A DNA stretch of 64,000 nucleotides from Octopus vulgaris (GCA_951406725.2 OX597821.1:35960001-36024000); one strand, 5' to 3'. Counted from the stretch's first letter, positions 29,588-46,961 are shown. Notes: generated by a model not told the origin, from the sequence alone. Numbers and translations: made by a program.

Positions 29588-29795
29588 TAGTTTTATTTTT
29601 ATAGCGTGCTTTCACTTCACTACCGAGCACAGCTCTGTGTGCCTTGGGTATGTGCTGTGATTTGTTGTGATGCTCTGATGGTTATTGTATGGAAAGTGTT
29701 CTGCGTAGGATGTGTGCAGTGCCTAATAGTGCAATTTTCTGTATGTTATATGTGTTTGTAAGTCCTGGTGTTTTTGTTATGTATTTGTCTGAATA

Positions 29796-29797
<2 letters not shown>
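29585..29797 (-). mobile_element. R4/Dong extreme 3' end in (TTA)n
   Basis: Nearly identical to 23031-23245. Confidence 0.85.
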
Positions 29798-29840
<43 letters not shown>

Positions 29841-29854
29841 CATCATCATTATTA

Positions 29855-29925
<71 letters not shown>

Positions 29926-30474
29926 GAGTGAGCGAGCAGAGCATGCCATCAAAGTGACACTGGGGTAAAATATACGAAGCCCAGTATACCCATCATGACT
30001 ACCCGTCTGATAAGGGTACACCAGGCACATGCACCACAACCATATGTGCGCGACATGGTGATCTCATATCAAGATAAACAGCACATGACCTTGCAGGTGG
30101 AGCCCAGTTAGAATTTTCTTCAGATCGAGTAACCCATCCCGCTCAAAAGGTCCCTGAATAAGGGTTGTTTAAGGACGTTGAACGAAACACCCATGTTTCC
30201 AGAGGTGAATTATTCAAACCCCAAAGAATCCTTCTCAACACATGGCTATGATGCTCCCCCACTACTTCTGCTCGTGATCAGAGATGCACATATCGTCAGC
30301 CACTAAGGGACATGCTCAACTGGTTAAGGTCAAACAACTGACAAGCAAATCTGTGGTATTGAGCAGAATATTTGCTGTAGCCCATCTTTTATACCAAGAC
30401 AAATGTAGCCCATCTTTTATACCAAGACAAATGTAGCCCATCTTTTATACCAAGACAAATGTAGCCCATCTTTT
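29926..30474. mobile_element. Third copy of the ~557-bp (TTA)n-embedded element, truncated with a 28-bp tandem reiteration
   Basis: Aligns to 20738-21215. tgtagcccatcttttataccaagacaaa repeated at 30376-30472. Confidence 0.85.
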
Positions 30475-30520
30475 TATTATTATTATTATTATTATTATCA
30501 TTATTATTATTATTATTATC

Positions 30521-30613
<93 letters not shown>

Positions 30614-31915
30614 GCCTTTGCACAGCTTCTAACGCTGGAGATGTACTACAGTGTCAGCTGTTCACCACCAGTGAACTAAGGTAAAACCTCTTACTTTTCG
30701 AGCACCTTCCGGAGTATTCGAGCGGTTCCAAGCTTCCTATTCTCTCTCTCATGGTCGCACTGAATCATAAAATTCCATAGGATCTTTGCATTTTTATTCT
30801 CGACAATGCCTTCAGGTTTGTGGTCGTACCAATTTTTTGCTCTGTTAAGTTCATAATTGTTGCAAAGTATCCAATGGAGAAGCGTACATTGGCTGGTAAT
30901 ATGCCATACGGTTTCTGCACTTATCACTTTCTGCTGTATTGTCTATTCTGTATTTCATGTGGTTTGTTCTTAGTGCTTGCTCTTGGGCAGCACTGATTAG
31001 ACCCTCCGCTTCCCGTTTTAAACACTTTTAGTCGTCCACAGCCATCTTTTTGCTCTGTCTGTCTTATCTTCAACATCCCTAGGAAATTGACCATGCATTC
31101 CTTTCTTTACCCACCTATTTTCAGTTTCATTCGTTTTCAATTTCTTGTACAGTGCTTTATCTTTGCAATCTTTCATCCTACACAAGCCTGACCTTTTTAC
31201 TTGTAATAATAGCGGTTCTGTGGCATTTTTTGCATACCATGCTATGTTGTTTTCTTCTGCTCTAATGCTGTGTTCGCATCCAACAAGTCCTCCTCCCCTT
31301 CTGTTTCTTGGTACATACAGTCTGTCTGTGCCACTTTTTGGGTGGAGTGACCAATATCTAGTTAGCAACTTCCTTGTGTTTCTGTCTAAGCTGTTTAGTT
31401 CGTTTATCGTCCATGCGATTACCCCTGTTCCATATATAAGAAGTGAAACCGCCCACGGGTTGATAACTTCCATCTTATTCCGTCCGTTTAATTTCTACTT
31501 AAGGAGCAGTCTCAGTCTGCGCAAGTACTCCGTCTTAAATTTTTCTGTCATTTCTTTCTTCATCAATTTATCCCTTTCCAAAATCCCCAAGTACTTATAG
31601 CCCGTCTCTTCTATCTGTTTCATAAACTCCCCGACATTTGATTGTGCCTTTCTTCAAGAATAACACACCACACTTTATCAGTCCGAACGCCATTCTGATA
31701 TCAGCACTGAAGGTGTACACCGTATCAACGAGGGAACTGACTTGGGATTCATCTTTACCATAAAGTTTCAGGTCATCCATGAATAACAATTGGTTGACTT
31801 CTTGTTGGCGGCTTTTGAATACATACCCAGCTTTTGCTTTCCTCAGAATCAGTGTTAGTGGTACCAAACACAGTACAAAGATCAGTGAGGACAGACAGTG
31901 CCCTTGGAAGATGAT
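30614..31915 (-). mobile_element. R4/Dong fragment (second subfamily)
   Basis: LLFMDDLKLYGK, GGGGL, MHGQF, ILWNF.IQCD, LGTARILRKVL. (AAT)n tail. Confidence 0.88.
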
Positions 31916-32503
31916 AGGACTATTGCAATGAAAAGGATGTTTACATTTTCAAATACTCAATTAGAAAGGAAAGGATAGGTATTCACACAGTAGTTGTAGA
32001 TATTAAATGTTGTTTTTTTTTATCTTTTGCGTTCGAAATCTGTAGGTATGTAAGCTTCCTAGGTAATTTTATTTTGAGGGAGATTTACAATATTCACAGG
32101 AAATTGTAGATATTCCAATCTTTAGAAATAGTAGGAGGAAGAGATTTTCACCTTCTTGGATTTTTGAATTTCTGAATTTCTGAATTTCTTTTTCTTTTGT
32201 AATTTCTCTTTACTTTTCAAAAGTTTTACTGTGGCTTACAGTTTTTGTAGTTGTGCAGTATTTATATATTGGTAGGTGCTTACTTCCTCAATTTTTTTAT
32301 CGTGTATTTAATTGACTTGTTACAATAAAAGGTATGTTTACATATTCTGTTAGTCAGGGAAGAAGGAAACACAATATGTTCACACAAAGTTGGAGATATT
32401 AAAGTTTCATTTGTTCATTTGTATGCCCCTTCAGAGAAAACTGTGGCGTTTCTTACAATCAAAAGGATGTTTACTATTTCGAATATTCAGGGAAAAGGTG
32501 GTG

Positions 32504-33262
32504 GGGGCTAATGCAGTTTCGCACCTCTCCTTGTAAAATTCAGTCTTTTGAAAAAAATTTTCGGATTCCTACGTTTTCGATTTCGGAGATTACGAATATG
32601 CAAAAAAAATGTTTTAGATTTAGCTCAAACCTCACCTCCACCCAAATATAACTTTTTGATTTTGTGTACTTGAAAGAGATCATAGTGAATTGACGAGCAT
32701 ATGCAAATCGAAATTAAATCCAGACAAAAACAAAGTGAAGAGAATTTGCGTTTTATTTGTGTAAATAAGAATTTAATATAAATTAAATACACCATTTTAT
32801 GAGAAACAAACATTAATGTTTAATGGTTAGTGTTACAAAGTTTAATAAGGGGTTCACATTTCGCCCCCTCCTTCAATTTTAAATTTTGAACTTTTTCATC
32901 CATCTATTTATTTATCTCTCTATCTATTTATCCCTGTCCATTTATTCATAAAATATATTTGTCAACTAAATGTGGTGTTCCTATAGAGGACGGCGTACTA
33001 TTGTTTTTAACCCAGGAAGACATTATATGCTTACTGAATTTAAAATTTTGAAAACGTAGTTTTTTGTATATTCGGAAACTTCGTCGTCTAAAACATAAGG
33101 GGAAAAAATTTCGAAAAAGTTCAAAATTTAAGAGTAGGGATAACATTTTTTTCTTTTTTGTTTTGCATATTCGCAATCTCCGACATCTAAAACGTAGGAA
33201 TCCGAAAATAATTTCCCCAAAAATGCATTTTTCAAGGAGAGGTGCAAAAGTGCATTAGCCCC
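32504..33262. mobile_element. Non-autonomous TIR element (MITE) with ~105-bp imperfect TIRs
   Basis: ggggctaatgca.ttt.gcacctctccttg...ttcggattcctacgtttt...gaatatgcaaaa at the left end, reverse complement at the right end. TSD not identified. Confidence 0.8.
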
Positions 33263-33534
33263 GAAAAATGAACTAAAAGAAAAGGAACGTAAAAATTTTA
33301 CAGAAAATTGTAGATATGAAGTTTTTAAAATTTACTGGAGATGATCTTTTGTCCGAACAGAGAAAACTGTAGTGTTCTTGGAATGAAGAGGATATTTACA
33401 TTTTCGAATACTCAGTTAACAGAAATTATAGGTATTCACAGAAAGTGTAGATATTACAGGTTTTAAAGCTGATCCTATATGTATTCGAAAGCTTTAGATA
33501 TGTAAGTTCCTTAACTTATTTTGAGAGAAATTCA

Positions 33535-33583
<49 letters not shown>

Positions 33584-34168
33584 TAGGTATATATTAATTT
33601 TGCCTATATTTGTCTGTATATATATATGTAAGGCATGTACGAACGTTTGTATGTTTAGTGTATATGTGTATGTTTTGGTCTTTTGGTATGTGTATGTATA
33701 AGTAAATGTATATGCGTTTTTATGATGTTAATTCTTTGTAAGCCTATATTTTTGTTATAAACGAATATAAAATTTAAATTTATTTTACTGTTAATTTATT
33801 TACCCTCGATATACAGGTTTACTCCTTCTAAATCTAATTTTTGATGTTTTCTTCGATTTTAAATAATATGATATTGAATATGATTTTGATTTAAAATATT
33901 TAAAATAAGATTTTCGATTTTAAATACGATTTTAAATCATAATTTTAATTTCATATAACCAGTTATTGAAAATGCCGTTAGTTGAAAGGACCAATGAAAC
34001 AAAACCTATTTCAAATGTGTATCTATCAATGAATTGTATATTTATACATATAACCTTATTTCTCAACAAAAATTGAAACGGGACGTGAAACTCTGAGTAA
34101 CACTTTTTGTAATGACTTCACATATTTCTTAATAAAGTATATATGTGTGTATAAGTGTCTGTGTGTGT

Positions 34169-34240
<72 letters not shown>

Positions 34241-34491
34241 GTGAGTGTATATATATATGTATATATGTCTGTCTGTATGAATGTATGTATGTATGTATGT
34301 ATGTATGTATGTATGTACGTATGTATGTATGTATGTGTGCATGTTTGTGTTAAGAGTGGTAATAGAGAATGCGGTGTATGAATGTTCCTTATATAAAATA
34401 AACAGAACGAAAGGTTAATTCTTACATGCCAATGAAATTTATTTCTTCATGTAAATTACCAATGAGGGAGAAGGTGATCATCTTGAGGCAT

Positions 34492-34991
34492 CTACCACCA
34501 TGGCACCCTATTGGTTCGCGGATATATTTGTCCGTAAAAACAGTAGTGAGTACGTGTTTCGAAAATAGCATCTGCACAACAAGCATACGTGCTTGGTACG
34601 ATATTATTTCCCGTTGGAAAAGTAGTTGCTATAGCTTTTACAACACCACCGCAGCAAAGATTCTTGGTCTTATCCATTTTAACTGTCCCGCAACAAACAT
34701 CATATATTGATGTTCTAGCAGTTTCTGTTGCACCACAACATATTTTTGTTAGTCTGTCAATCACTTTACCGGAACAACAGTCTTTAAGGGATAAATCTAT
34801 AGCTGTCGCACCGCAACATCCATTTACTGTTGCTGATTTTGCAGTGACTGTACCACCGCAACATATACTGGCATCTCTGTCAAATGCTACATTTCCGCAA
34901 CACGCAGGCCGTTTAAAACCAGTTATAGATGTCACCTGTGAACTACAGCATATGCTGCTGTAAATATTGAACGGTTGGTTATTGCAATAAT
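34492..34991 (-). CDS. Terminal coding exon of a galaxin-like di-cysteine-repeat protein (paralog 1)
   Basis: Open frame YCNNQPFNIYSSICC...VPWW* with 9 CC doublets at mostly 13-16-aa spacing. Acceptor tgtttcttttattttctag (AG = ct at 34992-93), phase 1. AATAAA on minus at 34438-34443. Upstream exon not located. Confidence 0.85.
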
Positions 34992-35105
34992 CTAGAAAAT
35001 AAAAGAAACATTAGAATTTTATTTTTTACAGATTACATTCGACAATAAGAGAATACAAATAATGTTATATATTCATTTACGTGTACGCATCTATTATCTA
35101 TCTAC

Positions 35106-35144
<39 letters not shown>

Positions 35145-35184
35145 TACATATATAAAACATACATATATATATATTTGTTTTTTT

Positions 35185-37005
35185 TTATTTATCTAGTTTC
35201 AGCTCACGAGCTGTGGCCATGCTGGGGCACTGCCATTCGGTGTTGCTACATGATTTTACTTCACGAATACTTTTTAGCAACTGCCATTTGGTGCATGAGA
35301 GAGTTTGATGCAGCTGCCCTCATCTGCACCTCCTGCCGTGAAGTTGGTTCATCTGGGACACCTGACAGGAAGAGATCCAGTTTTATTTTAAAGACATCTG
35401 CATCCACCCCATGCAGGTCTCTCAGGTCCTTCGGGAGGATATTGAACAGCTGTGGGCCTCTGAAGCCCAGGCTATCACAGTATCTTGTCCTACATCTTGA
35501 TGGCAAATTTGGAGTCCTTGGCACCACGCAGTGGCGCCCAGTTCTGGCATTTCTGTAACTCTCGATGCCAAAGTTTGGGACAAGTCCCTCCAGGATCTTC
35601 CAGATGTATATTATGGCATATCTTTCTCGCCTACGCTCCAAGGAATAGAGTTTTAATCTCTTGAGTCTTTCCCAGTAGCTTATATGCTGCACAGAGGCTA
35701 TCTTCTTCGTGTAGCTTCGTTGGATCGCCTCAAGTTCTGTGATCAACTTGACATTGGATGGTGACCATAGATGAGAGCAATAGTCAAAGTGGCTTAGGAC
35801 AAGTGTCATCCAGAGGACCATCATGGTTTCTTGTTCTCTTGTTCTAAAGGTTCTAAGAATCCATCCGGCCAGTCGTCTACATTTCATTGCCAATTTAGCA
35901 ACATGTACATGAAAGGTTGCGTCATCACTCATGTAAATACCCAGGTCACGCACTGATTGTGCCTCTGGGATTGCAATCCCTCCGGGTCCATTGTATTCAT
36001 TGGGTATTGCATTTAGTTTTGCATACTGATAGCATAAAGCTTGAAACTTTTCAGCATTGAACTGCATGCTATTCTTTTCAGCCCACTTGTATATTTTGTC
36101 CAGCTCACATTTTCCAACTATGCCAAGATCACGCAGTTTATGACATATCATTCCATGATCGACTTTATCAAAGGCCTTTGCAAAGTCGAGATATATGACT
36201 TCCACATTTGAGTGGTTGAGCAGTCGTTTCAGCACCCAATCATAGTGTTGTAGGCGCTGAGTTAAGCAGCTTCTTCCTGGTCGGAAACCATGTTGGGTGT
36301 CAGGCAGCAAGTCATTTTCATCAAGGAAGGTGATTAGTTTCCTTCTGACTATTCGTTCCATGACCTTGCTGATGTGTGAGGTCAGAGAGATAGGTCTGTA
36401 TTTCTTGGCCTCCGCTCTGCTACCTCCTTTATGAATAGGGCATATTTTACCTTCCTTCAGTTTTCTTGGAAGTTTGCCAGTCGCAAGGAAGCTCTGAAAG
36501 AGGAACTGCAGTGGTCTTGCTAGGACTCTCTTACATACTTTTAGAAGGATTGCCGGGAATCCACCGGGGCCAGTAGCTGAATTTGTTTTCATTTCATCTA
36601 TAGCCTTTATTACATCGTCTTCCTTTATATTGATGTAATCAATCATCGCTGCCTCTGATTTTATATCTGCAGTGGTAAAGAAGTCAGTTGGATTGCTGAT
36701 TTGGAAATGCCCAAGGGGTGGAGTGAAAACACTCTTGAATTGCTCATTCAGTATTTCATGGGAGAGTTGCAGACACTTTTCAATTTCCAACAGTTTTATT
36801 TTCAGGCGGGACTTTTCACTGCTTTCATTTTGTTTGTTTAGGCGATTTGAAATTTTTGTACGCCGTCTCATTAGAATTTTCCTCTCTCTGGGGATTTTGC
36901 TCTTGTGTACAGTGGCCTTTCTTGTTCTTGTGTTCTTGAGAGTATTATGGGAACAAGCTTTACAGACATGGATGTACTCTCAGACGAACATGTCCCAGGT
37001 GTGCG
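35185..37005 (-). mobile_element. CR1/L2-group LINE, 5'-truncated and internally deleted
   Basis: KYRPISLTS, QHGFRPGRSCLT, YLDFAKAFDKVDH, VRDLG, DYCS.LW.P, LYSLERRR. xADD block absent. Hairpin plus A-rich 3' tail. Confidence 0.9.
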
Positions 37006-37650
37006 CAGGGTGACGAAATCGTCCTGCATGCAGTCGTCCAGTGTCCCTGTATTACTGAATTCTCGAGCTTTGTCGAACAGCTGTTATCTCGTGTAGGACG
37101 GTCCGGTTGTCAGCCGAGTCCATCGTGAATATCGCACAGCCGCCTTCCTTTGCCGGGAAGGAAAGACAGTTTCCTCCTGTCTAATGGCTATAGCGAAGGA
37201 AGTAGTGTGATGAACGAGACTCAAAGCACTGAAGGCAGATATTTTCCTCTTCAGCCAAACCCTCATCGACTTTTTCAAGTTCCACTTGATAAGGAAATGA
37301 GGGTAGAGCGGTAAGTTCTGCGCACCCAGTAATTTTGTTGAAAGGTGGGTGTATGTGGCGAGGATGGCCTGTGTGAATGGGCTTACTCTGAACTTCCGTT
37401 TGTAAATCGGAGAAGTTAAGAAGGAGAGAAGTGTCTACTAAGATACACCTGTCGGGATAACCAGGTTTAGTGGGGTTCTGCTGTTGTCTCTGTGAGGAAC
37501 TCCACACTTCTGGGGGATTTTTATTGTTTAATTGTTTTGTTATTTTTTTTTTTGTTACTTGTTACATACATTGTTCAATATCCCACTTGTTCATTGTATT
37601 ATATTGTTCCTATTTGTTCTGTGTTCAGCCCTTGTGGCCAATAAAAGAAT
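37005..37650 (+). mobile_element. Rearranged L1/Tx1-like 3' fragment
   Basis: DEIVLHAVVQC knuckle-like motif, a possibly inverted internal piece, T-rich 3' UTR ending aataaa before (ATT)n. Confidence 0.45.
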
Positions 37651-37675
37651 TATTATTATTATTATTATTATTATT

Positions 37676-37735
<60 letters not shown>

Positions 37736-37739
37736 TAAG

Positions 37740-37945
37740 CGGCGAGCTGGCTGAATTGTTAGAAACCGAGCGAGAAGTTTGGCGGTATTTCGTCCGTCGT
37801 CACGTTTGGGGTTCTAATTCCTTCGAGGTCGACTTTGCCGTGCCTCCTTTCGGTGTCAATAAATTAAGAACCAGTAAACACTAGGGTGGATGTAATCGTC
37901 GAGTCCCCTTCCCTAAATTTTCAGGCCTTTAGTTGAAGGGTTTAT
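37740..37945 (+). mobile_element. SINE family 2
   Basis: Aligns to 9001-9215. Confidence 0.7.
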
Positions 37946-37954
37946 CATTTTTTT

Positions 37955-41575
<3,621 letters not shown>

Positions 41576-41581
41576 CTCTGT

Positions 41582-41962
41582 GGAGGCGCAATATCCCAGT
41601 GGTTAGGGGGCGGACTCACGGTCATAGGATCGCGGTTTCCATTCCCAGACCGAGCGTCGAGGGTTTTTATTGAGCGAAAACATTTAAAGCGCCACGGAGG
41701 CTCCGGCAAGGTTTCGTGGAAAACTCTGCTGTACTCTTTCGCCACAACTTTGTCTCACTCTTTCTTCCTGCTTCTGTTATATCTGTATTTTAATGGGCCA
41801 GCCTTGTCACACGCTGTGTGACGCTGAATCTCTCCGAGAACTAGGTTAAGTGTATACGTCTCTGTGGAGTGCTCATCCACTTGCACGTCAATTTCACGAG
41901 CAGGCTGTTCCACTGATTGAATCAATTGGAATTCTCGTCGTCGTAACCGACGGAGTGCCATA
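41582..41962 (+). mobile_element. SINE family 3 (tRNA-like head ggaggcgcaat..cccagtggttag)
   Basis: A-box/B-box-like head. A related but diverged head occurs at 44311. Confidence 0.6.
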
Positions 41963-42082
41963 GTACTAGGCATGCTATTCCAGTTTCCTTTCTATTCCTC
42001 TTGAGGCGCTCTGATACTGTTCCCAAGGACCCAATTATAATTGGCTTTATCTTCGCCTATATTTTCCATAGCCGGGCTATTA

Positions 42083-42192
<110 letters not shown>

Positions 42193-42194
42193 TA

Positions 42195-42632
42195 GACGGT
42201 GACTAGGTAGAATCGTTAGCACGTCGGGCAAAATGTATCACGTCTTTTTGTCCATCTTTACGTTTTGAGTTCAAATTCCACCAAGGTCGAGTTTGCTTTT
42301 CATCCTTTCAGGGTCGATAACATAAGTACCAGTCGAGTACTGAGGACGCTGTAATCGAGTATACCGCTCCCCCAAATTTCAGGTCTTATACATATCGAAG
42401 AAAATATCATTATCGTTATAACCATTATTATTATGTAAGGCGGGGAGCTGGCAGAATCGTTAGCATGCTGGGCGATATGCTCGGCGGTATTTTATAAGTC
42501 ATTACGTTCTGAGTTGAAATTCTGTCGCAGTTGACTTTCACCCTTTTGGGGTCGATAAAATAATTTCCAATGTAACACTGCGGTTGATGTAACCTTCTCT
42601 AAAGTTGCTGACTTTGTACCAAAATTTAAAGC
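42195..42632 (+). mobile_element. Two adjacent SINE family 2 copies
   Basis: Heads at ~42195 and ~42438 align to 9001. Confidence 0.7.
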
Positions 42633-42633
42633 A

Positions 42634-42694
<61 letters not shown>

Positions 42695-42891
42695 GTTATT
42701 TGTCTAAACATTGATAATTCTAAATTGACGATCAAACAAAAAGTGCGTGTGTTTAATTGCCAAACATGACCATTCCCAAATATAACAATATTTGCTTCAA
42801 TGCACAATTTCACATCAAGAATATTGCAAAGCAAACACAAAATCATATACATACATACACACATACATATATGCATATATATGTATATATG

Positions 42892-42961
<70 letters not shown>

Positions 42962-43253
42962 AACATGCATATATACACACATACCTACCTACCTGCATAC
43001 ATACATACATACATACATACATACATGCATACATACATACATACATACATACATACATACATACATACATACATACATACATACATACATACACACATAC
43101 ACATATACATACCTCATAAGACTTGTAAGTTAGCTCATTGAGCAATACTCTTTGTCTGATAGCCTAGAATACATGCCCAAAGACGTCGCACGACTCTACC
43201 GCAACGTATCATCAGATGAATGGATGAGTCTATATGAGCAGAAGACTATGCAT

Positions 43254-43301
<48 letters not shown>

Positions 43302-43303
<2 letters not shown>

Positions 43304-44188
43304 CAGGTGGTAACAAATGGTTGTCGGGCTAGTTATGTTTAATAAAAAAAAAATAACTTATTTACATAAGTTTTAAAAATAATTTCCTTCGAAATAGTCA
43401 TCTTGCGCAGCAATACATCAGTGCCAGCGTTCCCACCACTTATGGAAACCGGTCTGGAAGTCGTTTTCCGTAACTAGGTCGAGGACCTTCTGCGACTCGC
43501 TCTGGGTCTCGACAATGATGTTAAAACGGCAATCTTTGAACTGCATTTTCATCTTGGAGAAAAGATGGAACTCCGCAGGAGCTAACTCTTGCGAATAGGG
43601 TAGGTGCCGAAGCGGTACCATGCTTTTGGCGAGAAACTCATTGGTGAGAAGAGGTCAGTAAGAATCCAGTCCTTCGCACTCCACAGATTCGGTCACTTTC
43701 GGCGAATGTCCTCCCTCAAACGCTTCAAAACTTTGGAGCAGAACTCGCGATTGCCCTGGGGGATAATTTCTTGACGCACAATATCACATTTCCAGGAGTG
43801 ACGCTTGTGGAAGATCTTCCAGATGGCTCTTCGTCTTCCAGGGAAGCTCTTCCGCATTTGAAGCGCCCCTTCCACTTGAAACATTTCGTATGCCCCAGTG
43901 CCTCGTCGCCGTAAGCTTGCCGAATCATGCTCAACCTTAACGCAAAATTTCACATTGGCGCTTGGTTCCAACTTCCTGTGTGTAATAACAATCGCAGGCT
44001 ACAACTTACACGTGATCACAAAAACAAAAAAAATTCACAACTTTGGAAGTAAATACAATTCCACTCGGTACGCTGCCTAATGAAGGCCACTGATACCTCT
44101 CACTGTGCGCGCAACAACTATGCTTACTGCGCTGTCATCTGTGTGCACGCTACATAACTAATGTGCGAACTTTTTGATACTACCTCGT
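43302..44188 (-). mobile_element. Internally deleted mariner-type transposon
   Basis: NVKFCVK..IRQAYGDEAL..CF.W..RFK.GR.SLED...GR and H.PYS.ELAP..F.LF motifs. Degenerate TIRs (aggt.gta.caaa...tagttatg). Confidence 0.85.
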
Positions 44189-44212
44189 GTGTATATATAT
44201 ACACACACACGC

Positions 44213-44639
44213 ATGGGTGGGGTATTGAAAAGTTCGTGGCTTACGGTAAAAAAATACAGTAGGATCACTTAATTATGATTTTATTGAACACATTCACCTT
44301 TCAGATTCTTGGAGGCCCGTGTAGGGTGTGGGAATCAAGATTGTAAAATTGTGATTTCGATTCCTGGACCGGGCGACGCATTGCGTTCTAGATTAAAACA
44401 CTTCATTTCACGTTGGTCCAGTTCACTCAGCTGGCAAAGAATGAGTAATCCTATGACGGACCGGCGGCCCTGCTATTTGGGAGGTTTAGCCGCCATGGAA
44501 ACTGGGAAACCGGCCGTTATGGGTCGGCTTGACTATAGAAGGTAACTTTCCTTTGTCTTTGCCTCTCAGATTCACACATTTATTTCACAGATCTTTCGTG
44601 ACACCCTTTAAACCAGGAACTTTTCAGCACCCACCCGTA
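44213..44639. mobile_element. Mariner-like MITE with nested SINE (44311-44545)
   Basis: TIRs gggtgg..t..tgaaaagttc.tgg.tt at both ends. The nested insert is flanked by cct(t/c)tcagattc. Confidence 0.7.
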
Positions 44640-44894
44640 TGTATGTATGTATGTATGTATGTATGTATGTATGTATGTATGTATGTATGTATGTATGTAT
44701 GTATGTATGTCTGTATGTACGTACCTAGGTAAGTCTTGAGATTATATTGCATAGGTTACCTCCTGGCAAGTCGTGATCCACTGAAGTCAAACCCGCGCCA
44801 CTTATTGATTTTACTGCTCATTTTAATTTCCTGCTTCTCTTTTTCATGCATAAACTAAGATTCATAAAGTCCAATATCGATGAGATAAAGATAA

Positions 44895-46898
44895 CGGGGT
44901 AGGTTTAGGTGAAACCGAGAGCTCCTTGTCCAAACTTACAGGTTGGCAGCTAATGTGTGACAGCTGCCTTCCAAGATCCAGTGACTAATTGGGATCCAGT
45001 CAAGCACTTATGTTTGGGCAGGCTTTTCAGAACTACCTCTGCTCACCCTAATCGGTGAAGGTCCGATAAAAGGAGGGCTAAACATCGGAAGTTACTTTCA
45101 GTACTTGAACGGATAGCCACACTCGGCAGGCCACCTTTCCTGTAGTCGTAACACTAAATCTGGAAACAGCTGAAATCTTACAGCCAAAGCGAATGTGACA
45201 TTAGAACTTGGAACGTGAGAACCCTTTTGGATACTGACCACTCCGACGGACCCGAAAGACGAACTGCCCGGGTCGCTAAAGAACTTGCCAGGCTAAACAT
45301 AGAAATTGCTGTACAGAGTGAAACACGACTTTCAGATGAGAGTGCGAAGAGGCGGGTACTGGATATACTTCTTTTAGGAAAGAGAAAGATTTCGGAGCGT
45401 TGGGTTTGCGGTAAAATTTCAAATCGCGTGTTTTTCCGCCTTGTTTCGACTCTTGACGTCAATGATGACATCAAGAATGAGTCTTACGAACAACATCCCT
45501 AATGTTCCATCAACTGATAAGCTCAGTGATTTTAACGCCCGAGTCAGGAACGATTACTGTACGAATGTGATTGGTAGAGAGAGTGTTGGAAACTACAGCT
45601 CTGGTAGTCTACTGCTGCTAGATCTGTATCTTTCTACTTGCAGCAGAAAATGTTAACATTCTTGCTGACAAACATGACATCATAGATAGCTAGAAGAGAT
45701 AGTTTTGTTTTACTATATCGTGTGTCAATAACAGAAGAATTCCCGATAAAAGTCCTTTTCCAACCATCACAGCCTTGGATGAATACTCCTCCGTTATATC
45801 AAGGGTACCAGAAAGCGATGAAATACATCAACGCAAGAAAAACTCCGGGGTCCGATAACATCTCATTCGAATTGGTGCAACATGATTGATCATTGCTTCA
45901 AACTAAACTCTTCACCCTATTTCTAAAGATGTGGGAGGCACGTGATCTCTCAAATGATCTCTCAAAAACGCTATCACAATCAGTATATTCAAGAAAGAAG
46001 ATAGAAAACCCTGTGGGAACTATCATGGAGTTTCGCTACTTGCTATTGTAGGAAAGATCTTTGCTCGAATGCTCGTGAAGCGTCTCCAGATTATCAGGGA
46101 AAGAGTCCTTCTAGAATACTAGTTTGGTTTCCGGAGCGTACGGAACCATAAACATGATATGGCCATATCTTCAGGATGAACGCTGAACGACTTTCACGTC
46201 AAATCTTCTGCAGAAAACTGGCAACCGGGAAAAGGACAAAGAGTGGCCCCTGGTGCTTGCTATATTAAGGGACGTTTTATCAATTTCTGGACCTCTGTTT
46301 TGCTGATGTCAACTTGAGGCGAGCAACGGGCGCAGCATTGCTATATGAAAGCCTCTGAGACTTGGACGGTTTACGAACACCACGACTAACGGCTGAACCG
46401 CTTCCACATGAGCTGTGCCAGACAAGGAGTTTATCTCTCCAGCTGATCTGCCAAGCATCTGTGCTTTTGAGGAGAGTGCAGGTAGGCAGGCTACTTTGTT
46501 CGAATTCCTGACACACGACTATCCAAAAGACTGTATTACAGTTAACTAGTAGTAGAAGATAAGTACACTCAAGGTGGAGAGAAAAGCACTGCAAAGACAC
46601 ACGTAAAGCCTCACTGAAGTACTTCCAGATCGGTTCCGACACTTGGCAAATGCTTGGCGCCACATTCTACGAACAGAATAGGATTGCAGGAGAAAAAGGA
46701 AACGTGAACTGCGTAAGTCCAGAGCTAGCTGCCTGCCATTGTTGCCAGAAAGACTTACCAGTGCCTGACGTGCAGCGGAATCTTCCGAGCACGCATCGGT
46801 CTGATCGACCACAGCCGGACGCACTGGCACTCCGCTTCTCTCATGTAATGGCCTTGATTATGGTCGTCAACAATGGACGAACATTATTATTATTTATT

Positions 46899-46900
<2 letters not shown>
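44895..46900 (+). mobile_element. RTE-clade LINE, heavily deleted
   Basis: TWNVRTLLD...PERRTARVAKELARL.I.IA..SETR (APE), K.PG.D, KK.DR..CGNY.G.SLL.IVGKIFAR, FGFR. (ATT)n tail. Confidence 0.85.

Positions 46901-46961
<61 letters not shown>

Noticed and set aside
43165-43225. Minus-strand CTGATGA-tac..gta hairpin
   Set aside because: GAAA is replaced by GAGT and stem I does not pair.
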